A stretch of 64,000 nt of DNA, taken from positions 15,252,001 to 15,316,000 of the forward strand of contig OX597818.1 of NCBI GenBank assembly GCA_951406725.2, in the 5' to 3' direction. Positions within the stretch are counted from its first letter, which is position 1. Every line of letters starts with the position of its first letter. This document shows, piece by piece, positions 46,252-59,165 of this stretch. The DNA comes from Octopus vulgaris (lineage: Eukaryota). Under the pieces are notes generated by a model. It made no database searches. It was not told where the DNA came from and saw nothing but the letters and a program-made list of their open reading frames with translations. Position numbers and translations under genes: made by a program.

Positions 46252-46809
46252 TATTTACCTTCTGAGTTCAAATCTTTCCATGGTCAACTTTGCCTTTCAT
46301 CTTGTTTTTTTTCTGGTTTTGTACCTATATTGGAAGCAATTATAATTCTTAATGAGCTGCCACAATTGTTAGAGCATCTGAAAATTGTTTTGTGTGATTT
46401 ATTTTAACATTTTATATTCTGGGTTCAACTCTTACCAAGGCCAATTTAGCTTTCATCTTCTTAGGGCCAAGGAGGCAGAAACTAGAAGATAGAAAATTGG
46501 AGTCAATAGTATCAACTAGCCCCCTCCACTTAAAATTATTGACCTTGTTCCTAAATCAGAAGCCATTATTATTATCAATAATAAGGTTGTGAGCTGGCAG
46601 AACCATTAGCATGTTGGTCAAAATGCTTAGCACCAGTTTGTTTGTCTTTATGTTCTGAGTTTAAATTCTACCAAGGTTAACTTTGCTTTTCATTCTTTTG
46701 GGCTTGATAATATAAGTATCAGTTCAGTTCTGAGGTTGATGTAATTGGCTTATCCAATCCCTCAAAATTGCTGACCTTGTGCTAAAATTTGAAACCATTA
46801 TTATTATTA

Positions 46810-46880
<71 letters not shown>

Positions 46881-47036
46881 ATTATTTATTTGTGTATAAC
46901 TTCTGGATGAGTTACCTCGGTCCTATATAGTCTTAACAAAAAATGAAGTAGGCTGTCATGTAATATTTGAACCTGTGGAAGGCACACTAGATGCCGAAAT
47001 ATCATTCAACCAATTTCACATGATATGGCACTCTTC

Positions 47037-47084
<48 letters not shown>

Positions 47085-47636
47085 GAGTGAGAGAGCAGTG
47101 CATGCCATCAAAGTGACACTGGGGTAAAATATAAGAAGCCCAGTATACCCATCATGACCACCTGTCTGATAAGGGTACACCAGGCACATGCATCACAACC
47201 ATATGTGCATGACATGGTGATCTCATATCAAGATAAACAGTGCATGACCTTGCAGGTGGGGCTCAGAATTTTTGCTTCAGGTCAAGTAACCCATCCCACT
47301 CAAAAGGTCACTGAATAAGGTTTGTTTAAGGATGTTGAATGAAACACCTATGTTTCCAAGGGTGAATTATCCAAACCCCAGAGAATTCCTCTCAACACAT
47401 GGCTATGATGCTCCCCCACTACTTCTTCTCATGATCAGAGATGCACACATCATCAGCCACCAAGGGACATGTTCAACTAGTTTAGGTCAATCAACTGAGA
47501 AGCAAATCTGTGGTATTGAGCCGAATATTTTCTGTAGCCCATCTTTTATACCAAGTCAAAACATGTACATGATGACACTTCCAATCAGTTAAGATCAGAA
47601 GTCATGAGAGCCACTGCCTTGTCCTGCATCAGGGCA

Positions 47637-47640
<4 letters not shown>
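47085..47640. mobile_element. ~555-bp non-coding insert embedded in an (ATT)n microsatellite
   Basis: Sharp boundaries with pure (TTA)n on both sides; higher GC than the flanks. Confidence 0.5.
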
Positions 47641-47672
<32 letters not shown>

Positions 47673-47893
47673 CATTATTATTATTAGGTAGTGAGCTGCC
47701 AGCAGAATCGTTAGCACTCCTGGCAAAATGCTTAGTGGTATGTTGTCCATCTTTATGGCCTGAGTTCAAATTCTGCTGAGGTCAACTCTGCCTTTTATCC
47801 TTTTGGGGTCAATAAAACAAGTACCAGTTTGAACACTGGGGTCAATGTAATTGATTTCTCTGAACTTGCTGGCCTTGCACCAAAATTCGAAAC

Positions 47894-47948
<55 letters not shown>

Positions 47949-49388
47949 ATTGCTATTATTATTATTCAGTCTCACTGTGTAACACACTGGGCAAGTCCTT
48001 TTTATTAGGTTGGCTAAAACATTCATTTGGCTTTTTAAGCAAAAATAAGACACACGTTTTAAACATAAAGTGATTTGTTCAATCAATGATATAATCAATA
48101 TTTCATTCCAGTATGTTCTGCCATTATTCCCTGCTAGTTAACTGTGACCCTGCCAGCGCTGGTACCACTTAAAAGGCATCCAGTCCACACTGTAAAGTGG
48201 TTGGCATTTGGAAGGGCATCCAACTGTAAAAACCATGCCAAAACTGAACTCGCCTGTAAAAAGCATTCAGCCCACCCTGCAGGATGGTTGATGTTAGGAA
48301 GGGCATCAAGCCATAAAAACAGACACAGAAATATGGTGCAGGCTTCTGCTTAGCCAGCTCCTGTCAAACCGTTCAACCTATGCCAGCATGGAAGGAAGAG
48401 GTTAAATGATGATGAATGATGTCGAACTGTGCTTCTGGAATTTGTTAAATGAATAATTAATTTTTATGAAACGAAATTTTCCAGAAATATTGACAGGATT
48501 TGAAAAGAACCAAAATAAAATAAGAATATCAGAGGTGAATTTGTTGATATGGTTGTTTGATACGTTACAGACCTTAGACCATACTTACATAATCCCTGCT
48601 ATTTCTGGCATGCTAAATAACTATGTAGGTGTGCTACCTTTGAGTTTATCTAAAAGACAGAGATTAACACTGTGATGAAATAATGCAAGAAATATTTACT
48701 GAGCGGATAATTACTGTTATAAGAATAAAGGAGACAAAGGAAGATTGGATGTAACATATCAGAAAAATTACTCATATTGGGACCAATAGGTAAATACTGG
48801 CTTCAAATTTTGGTGCAAGGCCAGGAATTTCAGGGGAGGTGACTAGTTGATTACATCAACCCTAGTGTTCAACTGGTACTTATTTTATTGACCCCAAAAG
48901 GATAAAAGGCAAAGTCAACCTTGGTGGAATTTGAACTCAGAAAGTATAGAAAGATGAAATACTGCTAAGCATTTTGCCAAATGTATTAATAATTTGGCCA
49001 GATCACTGCCTTAAAATGTGTGAATATTATTAACCAGCTAGCAGAAAACTGCCTGGAGGTAGGTCTTTCTGCTTGTATATATATAGCTTACTTTTGAGAT
49101 ATCTCTGGTTAAAATTACATGACCATTCATAGCTTTTTGTGGGGAAACAACAGGGGAAGAAATCATTTAACCTATATTGACAACTTGCTTCAGGACAGTG
49201 GAATGCCAAATGTTGATGAATTAAATATATGCATGGAGAACCATGATGGATGGCATACTCATGTGAAATCACTGAAGTGTTCAGCAGGACAACCAAACTA
49301 ACTAACCGACTAATAGCTTTTGGGAGAATGATTGTGAAATAATATTGACTATCCTGAAGTATTTCATGATTTTGGTATATCATTGTAG

Positions 49389-49565
49389 GCACTTTATGAC
49401 ACCACTTGCACAATGCGTGAAAAACGACTTGATATTGAAGATCAATTAATGGAAGAAAGGAAAAACCAGGAGGCATTCAAAAAGGATATGGATGCTTTGA
49501 ACAAAAAGGCTAAAGTTATCAATACCTCTCTGGAGAAAGCACAAAATGATTTGGAAGCTTTTCAG
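49389..49565 (+). CDS. CFAP44: CFAP44 exon F (ALYDTTCTMREKRLDIEDQLMEE...AQNDLEAFQ)
   Basis: ttgtag acceptor, CAG/gtaagt donor, 177 nt, phase 0-0; REKRLDIE motif. Confidence 0.96.
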
Positions 49566-50114
49566 GTAAGTTGTTTTAAAAAGATTCACCCAATTCTGTC
49601 TAGAGCTTAATGAAGCATTTCTGGGGGACATGTTTTGTTTATTTCTCAATCATGTGGTTTTGGGTTCAGTCATACCTTCTTTGAAAATTCTACAGACAAT
49701 CAGAAAGCAATTTTCATGGATTAAGCAGATATTTTTGAAATGTGATTCTTGTCCAATGTTATGGAGGTTCATTCAGATTTGGGATTGTCTTTGATGAATG
49801 TTCTTCTTTGATTTGAAACACTGGTGTATATGGATAAAACAATCCTCTCCCTGAATTTGTGGTAGCATTAGAAAAGTTTTGATGTATATCCAAAATTTAA
49901 ACAGAATTCTACATAAATACATTGTGAGGACCCATTTGAGGAGATTTTCAATGTCTTTATATTAGAAACATATTTAAATCACAGTGGAAATATAGAGAAT
50001 CAATGATCTTGAGTACTGATCATAGCAAGAAATTATTAGGTGTTGTTAACTCAATAATTGCAGTGGTTATCAGATTTTTAATTTGCCATTTTCTTATGTC
50101 TTCCTCCATTTCAG

Positions 50115-50311
50115 TTAGAAAAACAACGTAAATTGAATGAACTGGATGTAACAGTAACTTTACTCCTGCAACAAATTCAATACACTGTTGGTAAGAAATT
50201 CCCTAACGATATATCAAAGGCTTTGGTTTTCAGAAATAATCAGATTCTACAATTGAACAACAGAATTAAAGAACTTCAAGCTGAAAAAAATCAACAAAAA
50301 AGAAACAAACA
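50115..50311 (+). CDS. CFAP44: CFAP44 exon G (LEKQRKLNELDVTVTLLLQQIQY...RIKELQAEKNQQKRNK)
   Basis: tttcag acceptor, CA/gtaagc donor, 197 nt, phase 0-2. Confidence 0.95.
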
Positions 50312-51425
50312 GTAAGCATTAATTTTTTTTAAATGTAATTTTTCTGGCCCTTCAAAATGTCCACTTTGAGGAATGGACATTTCTATGTTCAACTTAGCAT
50401 TTAACGTTAGCAGCACTACCTAACTCTTAATAAAAATGAGAAATACTTATTCATAGAAGCAGGAGTGGCTGTGTGGTAAGAAGCTTGCTTCCCAACCACA
50501 TGGTGGTGAGTTCAGTCCAGCCGCATGGCATTTTGGGCAAAAGTCTTCTACTATAAATACAGGCCAACCAAAGCCTTGTGAGCAGATTTGGTTGAGAAAA
50601 ACTAGAAGCCCAACGGGGTGCTGAAAATTTCCTGGTTTAAAAGATATTGTGAGAGATCTGGTTGGAGGCCCAACCTTCTGAGTTTTTTTTTATGGGGCTT
50701 AGAAAAACAGAAGGATTGCTGCTATAAATGTGAATCTGAGAGGGCAATATGTTGAATAAAATAATATTTAATTGATCCTCCTGTATTTTCTTTTACTCAA
50801 AGCTAGGAATTTCTCAGCATCTCCTCATGTATATACATTTGTGTGTGTGTGTGTGTGTGTGTTTGTCTGTCTGTCTGTCTGTATTTGTCCACCACTTGAC
50901 AGCCAGTGTTGGTGTGTTTACATCCCTGAAACTTAGTGGTTTAGCAAAAGAGACTGATAGAATAAGTACCAAGCTGAGGAAAATAAAAGTACTGGAGTTG
51001 AAAATTTTTCAAGATGGTGTTCCAGCATGACTGTAGTCTAATGACTGAAACATGTAAGCCTCTCTCGAAACCCTATTTGGTGTTACTGTTTTAACTATTT
51101 TTCTCTGTTGTCAGTTATAGTTTTTTTCTAGCACAGCAGTAGAGAGACAATGTGTTGACTGTGATACTCTTCACTGTTAGAAAAAGAAAATTCTTTGATA
51201 CCAGGAAGACAGTTTTATGTTATTATAATCTTAGATTTATATTTCATAGCATAAATATTGGTTGAGGGTATAAAAATAAAATAAATGCACCCTTTTAAAG
51301 CTTAGCCAGGCTCATGGGCCCGGTTTCCCAGTTTCTATGGCGTATGTGTTCCCCAGCTGGACAGGATGCCAGTCCATCGCAGTGTTACTCATTTTTGCCA
51401 GCTGAGTGGACTGGTGCAACGTGAA

Positions 51426-51684
51426 ATGAAGTGTTTTGCTCAAGAACACAACACGTCGCCCAGTCCAGAAATCAAAACCACAATCTTTGTGCTGACACCC
51501 TAACCACTAAGCCACACACCTCCTGATGGTATAATAATCATCATAATATTTATCATTATGTGTAAAAACTTTATAGAATTGATAAAATACAAGATAATAT
51601 TGGTTTCAAATTTTGGAACGAGGCCAGCAATTCTGGGTGAGGGGGTTAGTCAATTACATTAATCCCAGTGCTTTACTGGTACTT
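51426..51684 (+). repeat. 259-bp segment duplicated at 54465-54723
   Basis: Identical except 3 substitutions seen by eye; spans SINE head, unique spacer and a second SINE piece. Confidence 0.92.
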
Positions 51685-52018
51685 ATTTTATCAAACTTGA
51701 AAGGGATGAAAAGCAAAGTCAACCTCAATTGAATTTGAACACAGAATGTACTGCTACTAAACATTTTTCTCAGCATGCTAACAACTTTGCCAGCTTTCCA
51801 CCTTAAAAAAAGTACACGATAATATTTGGAACATGATAATATTGATATGATATAAATGATATTACTAATAGAACATATTATGAATAGTACTTATAAATGT
51901 GTATTAGCAGAATATGATGTTATCAAATTTACATAATAGTATTGGCAAAAACCCACGACAGCGTTAAAATAATGGGAAGGAACTAAAAGGCTGACTGTGA
52001 ATTTGAACTTTATTACAG

Positions 52019-52244
52019 AGACGAACGTCTAAAACACTGCCAGCTTCTAAGAGACAAAAGACAGTTTGAACAAATAATAGGTCAACTTGAAGACACTTGT
52101 AACAAGATGATAGAAGATAAGTTTGGTCGGCTTGTTGACATGGAAACTGTTGAAACAGTAACAGTGCATAGAACCAATGCTGAACTTGAGGAAAGGGCAC
52201 ACCAAACAGAACACCAACTGAGAGCAAACAGATATAAAGAGAAG
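52019..52244 (+). CDS. CFAP44: CFAP44 exon H (DERLKHCQLLRDKRQFE...KFGRLVDMETVE...RYKEK)
   Basis: ttacag acceptor, AAG/gtaaca donor, 226 nt, phase 2-0; KFGRxV motif. Confidence 0.95.
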
Positions 52245-53412
52245 GTAACACCTTAGACTTTGATCTCTCAAATCATTTTGTTTACGATGAGTTTATTTTG
52301 CCAAGTCTGGCACCATGTAAAAGCACTTGTGATGGTGCCATGTTATAAGCACCCAGCACACATTGGAGAGTGGTTGGCATTAGAAAGGGCAACTTGCTAT
52401 AGAAACCAAGTCAAATCAGACTGGAACCTGGTGCAGCTCTTCTGCTCACCAGCTCTGGTCAAGCCATCCAACCCATGCCAGTATGCAAAATGAACATTAA
52501 AAGATAATGATGATGATTTGGTATGTTTCATAAATGTTGGAGAATTACATATGATGGTGATAATTATAATACAGACTTAATTAAGATAAAGAATTCTTTT
52601 TTATGTGTAGTAGAAGTACAGCTAGGAGGTTATGGTTTAGGTACATCTTTTGTGAGCAGCTGACATTCATGTTTTCATAGTTCTTTATTCTTCAGCAGCT
52701 ACAATATCACTTGAAATCTACATTGTCATAATGTTAAGCCTTTTTCATTGTTTCCCAAATGAAGAGGCTTTCCAGGTGCATTTTTAGTTTGTCTCTGAGA
52801 CATTTCATTCCCAGTTTTGAAAATTACAATGTTGTAAACCTTGTATGTTAATGGAAATGTAGACCAGACACATAATATAATCTAGAATGAATAAACCACA
52901 AATATAGTGGCTATAACGAGGAACTTAATGACAGATGTTCCACTGAGTTTCCTCTATTATCTTATGAAATAATGCACTTGCATATTGTGTACTTTGGAAT
53001 ATTTGCAAGATTGGCCAAAAAGGCAAAAACAACAAGCAATTTTAATTAGTTAGTTGCTTCACCATCATTAAGTTGAACTTGTTCTAATTTGCATGAACCT
53101 GATCCTTCATTTATTTCAATCTTCTATGGCATGTGATAGAGATTTTTTTTCAGCAACATCCACTGATATCTGCTAACTGATAGATGTATGACTTCATTAG
53201 ATAACCAATGCAATTATGACCATGTTGGGATGTCCAAAGTAGCATGACACCAACCAGCTTCTTCCCTAGTAGCATCAAACAAAGTGAACCTTTCTTTCTC
53301 AATATGTAATACATTTGAAAGCTTATTATCCAATCAATTCTTCTGCTGCCATTTTTGTTACTTTAACGTTTTTTCTTTCTTTCTTTTTTTTTTCTTCCTT
53401 TTTGTCATTAAG

Positions 53413-53547
53413 GAAAGTATACTGCAACTGAGGCGTGATATATCAGTAGTGACAAAAGAAAATACAGATCTTACTGGGCAATTACGAATATTACTGGAAG
53501 AGCAACATCTGTTAGAAGCCAGACTGGGTTCAAGGCAGAAGAATCTT
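53413..53547 (+). CDS. CFAP44: CFAP44 exon I (ESILQLRRDISVVTKENT...LEARLGSRQKNL)
   Basis: Long pyrimidine tract with ttaag acceptor, gtaagt donor, 135 nt, phase 0-0. Confidence 0.92.
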
Positions 53548-54970
53548 GTAAGTCATCTTGTGTTCTCTTTGTTGATAGCTAACCAAAGGTTGAAATAGAA
53601 ACAATAAAACTTGAATGAAGTAGCTACAAACATCCTTAGACTGCCAGGCCTTACATGCAAAATGTCATTTGTAAAAGTTCACTAAAAATATTTCACTGAT
53701 ATATCTGCTTTCTTTCAAGGGTTTTCTCATTGGAGAATTAGATTTCTTTCTTGCAATTCAATGAAATAATGATCAGTTGTTCAGTGTCCAGGCATAACTT
53801 GTTTACAGAACTGAACTGTACCTTCCTATGGTGCCTATTTTTCTCTGGAAGAAATGAAATAAATATTGAAAATAAAGGATATTCTTTATTCTGTTAGTGG
53901 TAGCATGAAATGGCTTAATAATATAGTTGCAAATACTCAGGCTACTGTTGTAGACAATGACAAAAATAATAATGATGATAACAATGGTAGTGCAGATACG
54001 ATTCTAAGTATTCTGCATTTTAAGCTGTCACTCCAACTTACTCTGCAATTTTCTCAGGCTTATGGTGTGGTATCATTTTACAGTGGTATCCATTTCATAG
54101 TGGTTATGAATAATCTAATAAAGTGGAAATGGTAGGCTTGATCTCTCACACTATCTGGCCCTTTAGGTGCCTTTAGTAGTGTTTTACTTGGTTGCAATTA
54201 TTTAGGTCAGATCTCTTTCTTCTCTAAGTCTTAGAGGCCTCTCTAAATATTCTCATAAGTATCTTTAATAACAAAAAAGTGCTATAAACAAAGACAGATT
54301 ATGTGTATCTTTCATCTCTTATCTTTTACTTGCTTTAGTCATTGGGCAGCAGCCATGCTTGAGCACTGCTTTGAAAGGTTTAGTCAAACAAATCAGCTTC
54401 AATACTTATATCTAAGTGTCTTTTGTTAAACTGCTAAGTTACAGCAATGTAAACAAACCAACACATGAAGTGTTTTGCTCAAGAACACAACACGTTGCCC
54501 AGTCCAGAAATCGAAACCACAATCTTTGTGCTGACACCCTAACCACTAAGCCACACGCCTCCTGATGGTATAATAATCATCATAATATTTATCATTATGT
54601 GTAAAAACTTTATAGAATTGATAAAATACAAGATAATATTGGTTTCAAATTTTGGAACGAGGCCAGCAATTCTGGGTGAGGGGGTTAGTCAATTACATTA
54701 ATCCCAGTGCTTTACTGGTACTTTACTGTTACCAAGCAGTGGGTAGTGGAGATAAATCACAAAGGCAAACATTCATGCATACAATCATACAACATAATCT
54801 GCCTTTGTTTATAGCACTCAAGATTAATCAGCTGAAATTGCGAGGATGATCCAGTTCTTGACTGAAGATTAGAGGCCTCCAATGACCCATCCGTTTATTT
54901 TATATCGTCTATTTGGATGTTTTGCGTTCTTGTCCCATTTTGTATATATATATATAAAAATTAAATTAGA

Positions 54971-55430
54971 GATAAAACTACTATTAGGCAACTCAAACAG
55001 TGATAGACATAAACTAAAACATAAAAAACAAAAAATAAATATAATAATATAATATATAATATATATATAAGATATGAAATTTAAAATTTAAATTACTAAA
55101 ATTTTATATTTTTAAATTTATATTTTTAAATTTTTATATTTATAAATTTTTGAACTTTTAAATTTATTTTTATATAACTAACCAAAAAGTATAACTAACC
55201 AAAAAGTATACCTAACCAAAAAGTATACTTTTTGGTTAGTTATATAAAAAAAATTTTAAGTTTAAAAATTTAAAAATATAAATTTAAAAATTTGAAATTT
55301 TAATAATTTAAATTCTAAATTTTATATTTTATATATATATGTTATATATTATATTATTATATTTATCTTTCGTTTTTTATGTTTTGGTTTATGTCTATCA
55401 CTGTTTGAGTTGCCTAATAGTGGTTTTATC
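54971..55430. repeat. ~460-bp AT-rich palindrome with no spacer
   Basis: gataaaactactattaggcaactcaaacagtgatagacataaac... / ...gtttatgtctatcactgtttgagttgcctaatagtggttttatc; centre GTA|TAC at 55225/55226. Confidence 0.9.
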
Positions 55431-55523
55431 AATAATTTAATTTATATTTATACTGTGAAATTTGATTTAATCCTAAATCTAATTTTTCCCTGTAAGTTTG
55501 GATATACTCCCTAATATTATTAT

Positions 55524-55607
<84 letters not shown>

Positions 55608-55609
<2 letters not shown>

Positions 55610-56738
55610 CGGGAAGCTTTATGAAAATAGACAAAAGACGAAGGCAGGTGGAAAACAAACAAACAATTGTATTAGTATGGCGCTCAGGAAATATAAATAA
55701 AACAAGTCTTTAATGTTTCGAGCCTACGCTCTTCAACAGAAAGATACACAGAGAGAAAAAAACACAGAAAGAAGGAGAGAAAAAAATGCGTGCAGTAACT
55801 AACGAATCAACATGGCGATCTGATTTCGGCCAGAGGTCAAAGATCAAACATGAGACGCGAGAGCGAAATAAGGGGAGATAATAGGGTTGATAATAGGGTT
55901 GAATGACCAGCTATTAGTGCGTAGGAGGGGTCTGGACGTGTGTATGTATAGGGTTGGTGTATGTATTAGTATGTATTAGTATGTATAAGGGTGTGTGTGT
56001 GTGTATGAGAGAGTATTAGTGCGTAGGAGAGGTCTGGACGTGCGTATGTATGGGGTTGGTGTATGTATTAGTATGTATTAGTATGTATTAGTACGTATTA
56101 GTATGTATAAGTGTGTGTGTGTGTGTATGAGAGAGTATAAGTGAGTATGAGGGGTCTGGACGTGTGTATGTATAGGGTTGGTGTATGTATTAGTATGTAT
56201 TAGTATGTATTAGTACGTATTAGTATGTATTAGTTGGTGTATGTATTAGTTGGTGTATGTATTAGTATGGCACATCATATATGATGTGATGTGTAAAGTC
56301 GTGTGGTGTAGTGAGGAGAAGAGGGGGAGGGGGAGAAGGGGAGGGGAAGAAGAGGGGGGAAGAGGAGAGGAGGGGGAGAAGGAAGGGGAGGAGGAGGGGG
56401 ATGAAGGAGGAAAGAGGGAGAGGGGGAGAGAGAAGGGGAGTGAGGGAGCAGAGGGAAGGGGAAGAGGGAAGGAGGGAGGGAGAAAGAGGGAAGAAGAGAA
56501 GGGGAGTAGGGGTGAAAGGATGAAGGACTGAAGAAGTAGGGGTCGGGGGGAAGGATAGGTGAGGAGGGGGAGAGGGGGGTTAAATGAGGGTTAGATGAGG
56601 AGGGGGGAGAGTTGAGACCAAATGGCATATAAGAGCGAAGAGAGAAGATTAATTCCTGTTCACGGCGCAAACGGGAATCCGGATGGCCTCTGTGTAAGGA
56701 CAAACCGAACACAGATAGGTGTTGCAAGGAGTGACCGG
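55608..56738 (-). mobile_element. PLE 3' fragment (GIY-YIG C-terminus plus pseudo-LTR) between two (TA)n tracts; related ends at ~1450-1550 and ~28205-28365
   Basis: HLSVFGLSLHRGHPDSRLRREQELIFSLRSYMPFGLN; hammerhead-like CTTT-CTGTTGA-A-GAGC-gtag-GCTC-GAAACATT-AAAG at ~55708-55743. Confidence 0.7.
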
Positions 56739-56795
<57 letters not shown>

Positions 56796-57543
56796 TATAT
56801 TATATATATATATGTATATATATATTACCAAATTCTCAAGTTCTACCACTTAGTTTGTTTAACAGGGATGTAAAGCAGCTGTTCTTTGATGCATTGCACA
56901 GAGAGTGGCCTGATAGGCTAATAGCAAAGCATGTTTACATAGTGAAATAAAATTTGTTTATTAAACTTATGAATGTGAATTTATATATACATTATCCCTT
57001 CTGAGGGCATATGGCTTAGTGGATATGGGTGTTCAGCACATAATTATAAGGTCAGGTGTTCAATTCCCAGAAGCACATTGCATCCTTGAGCAAGATGCTT
57101 TGTTTCCCATTTCTCCAGTCCACTCAGCTGGCAAAAATATGTTGTACATGTATTTCAACAGGCCAGTCTTGTTCCATTCTGTGTCATCTTGAATCTCATT
57201 GAGAACTATGTTAAGGGTTCACACGTTTAAGGAGTGCTTAGCTACTTGCACATTAATTTCATGAGTAGGCTGTTCTGCTGATTGGATCAAATGGAACTCT
57301 TTTCATCATAACCGATAGAGTATCAGTTATATGTCCATACACAATGTTACTGTTAAAACATGTATAAGTTAACTGCTGTGGGAGTAATGTATATGCAAAG
57401 TAAATTCCAGATGGTTGATGACTTGAGAAAAAAAGGGATTATGAATAGTTCTTAGTGTGGAGCCTGAGGCATAGAAAAACACTATGGGTGATAAGAAGTG
57501 GTGAAAGTTGTGCATTGGATAGGCTTTGGTGGTATGTAAGATG

Positions 57544-57770
57544 GAGCTGGCAGAATCGTTAGCAAACCGGGTGAAATGCTTAGCGGTATTTCACCTGCTG
57601 CTACGTTCTGAGTTCAAATTCCGCTGAGGTCGACTTTGCCTTTCATCTTTTCGGGGTCGATTAAATAAGTACCAGTTATGCACTGGGGTCGATATAATCG
57701 ACATAATCCGCTTGTCTGTCCTTGTTTGTCCTCTCTGTGTTTAGCCCTTTGTGGGTAGTAAAGAAATAGG
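57544..57770 (+). mobile_element. SINE, third family (copies ~44215-44430, 46585-46795, 47688-47895; minus ~48795-49013, 51600-51805)
   Basis: GAGCTGGCAGAATCGTTAGCA...GAGTTCAAATTCCG...GCCTTTCATC..TTCGGGGTCGAT..ATAAGTACCAG. Confidence 0.8.
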
Positions 57771-58448
57771 TATGTAAGATGGCTCTGAGAAACAGAGACT
57801 ATTGCAGTATCACTAGAAAATAGAGTGGTAAGACTATATATCTAGGCTTAGAGGCTGTTCAAATTGTTAAGCAAGCCTATGGCAAAAACTATTCCAACCT
57901 TAACAAACCTCACATTTTTTCTTCATTTTATTTTTATATGTAGGACTACATTACCTAAAGTGTCCTTCCATTTTGTAAAAATCTAGTTTGAGGGTTTGAA
58001 TAAATGTAGCACATTCAGCAGCTACTCAAATACTACCTAATATGACTTGGGATGTTAAGACCAGTTTTAAGCCAATTAAACAGATTTGCTTAAATTGGGC
58101 CCCATGTCAAGAGCGAGTCCTATGCACAGGCTCGAGCAGAGGACACTATGATGAATTTTTAATACATCATTGTGGCTAATGTAGCCTGAAGCCCTCAATG
58201 CTTTTTGGCTGGGACTGGCATACTACACAAATCATAAAAACACCAATCTTCAGCTTTTGTAGAGTAGAAGGCCCCACTGATAATTCTGTGATGTTGTAAC
58301 CTTGAAAATTGCGATTGTTGGGCTAATTTTCTTAACTTTGGTTTACATCTTGAATAATAAATCTAAAGAATTTTAAAAATATTTTCATGCTATTTCTTTA
58401 CACTTTGTATTTCCTGTTTATCTGTTTTTTTCACTTCCCTCCCAACAG

Positions 58449-58631
58449 GGTGAGGAATTCAGAGGAGAATCTCAGCAAACTATTGATGAACTGGAACGTC
58501 TAGAACAACTGTGTGACCTTCAGACACAGGAAATATTCAATCTGAAAAAAGAACTGATAATTCTGTCAAGGAAAGGCGGGCATATTTTACCACCAATTGA
58601 ACCTCCAACACCTCACATCGATCAAACATAG
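58449..58631 (+). CDS. CFAP44: CFAP44 terminal coding exon (GEEFRGESQQTIDE...LSRKGGHILPPIEPPTPHIDQT*)
   Basis: ccaacag acceptor, 183 nt to TAG; LxRKGxxILPPI is the conserved CFAP44 C-terminus. Confidence 0.95.
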   Translation, partial: GEEFRGESQQTIDELERLEQLCDLQTQEIFNLKKELIILSRKGGHILPPIEPPTPHIDQT

Positions 58632-58750
58632 TTAATTCGTTTTCTGAGACCTTTCATCACAGAATATGCTTTTGTTTTTCTTTTATTATCATTATTATTA
58701 TTATTATTATTATTATTTGAAACTATTATTTGAAAAATATAAGTTTAGCA

Positions 58751-58756
58751 AATAAA
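58751..58756 (+). promoter_or_regulatory. Candidate polyadenylation signal of CFAP44
   Basis: First AATAAA, 120 nt after the stop, followed by T-rich sequence. Confidence 0.55.
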
Positions 58757-58821
58757 AGTTGATTATATTCCTGTCATAATTGTTATTTTTATTAGCTATA
58801 TATGTTATTCTTTCTCAGTTT

Positions 58822-58862
<41 letters not shown>

Positions 58863-59114
58863 GCTGCTGCTGATGATGCTGCTGCAGCTGTTAATACTAC
58901 TACTACTACTACTACAACATTTTGCACAAAATTTTTTATGTAACTTCCTGTTCCTTTTCCTTCTATTTTCTTCACTTCTTTAAATTTTTATATATTTATA
59001 TATTATATATTTTTTCTACTTTATTGAACCTTGGTTGAACTCTTGTCCCCCCACCCCGCCTGCCAATCCCAAAATATTATCACTACATTTGCAAAATATT
59101 TATTCCCCCATCAG

Positions 59115-59165
<51 letters not shown>

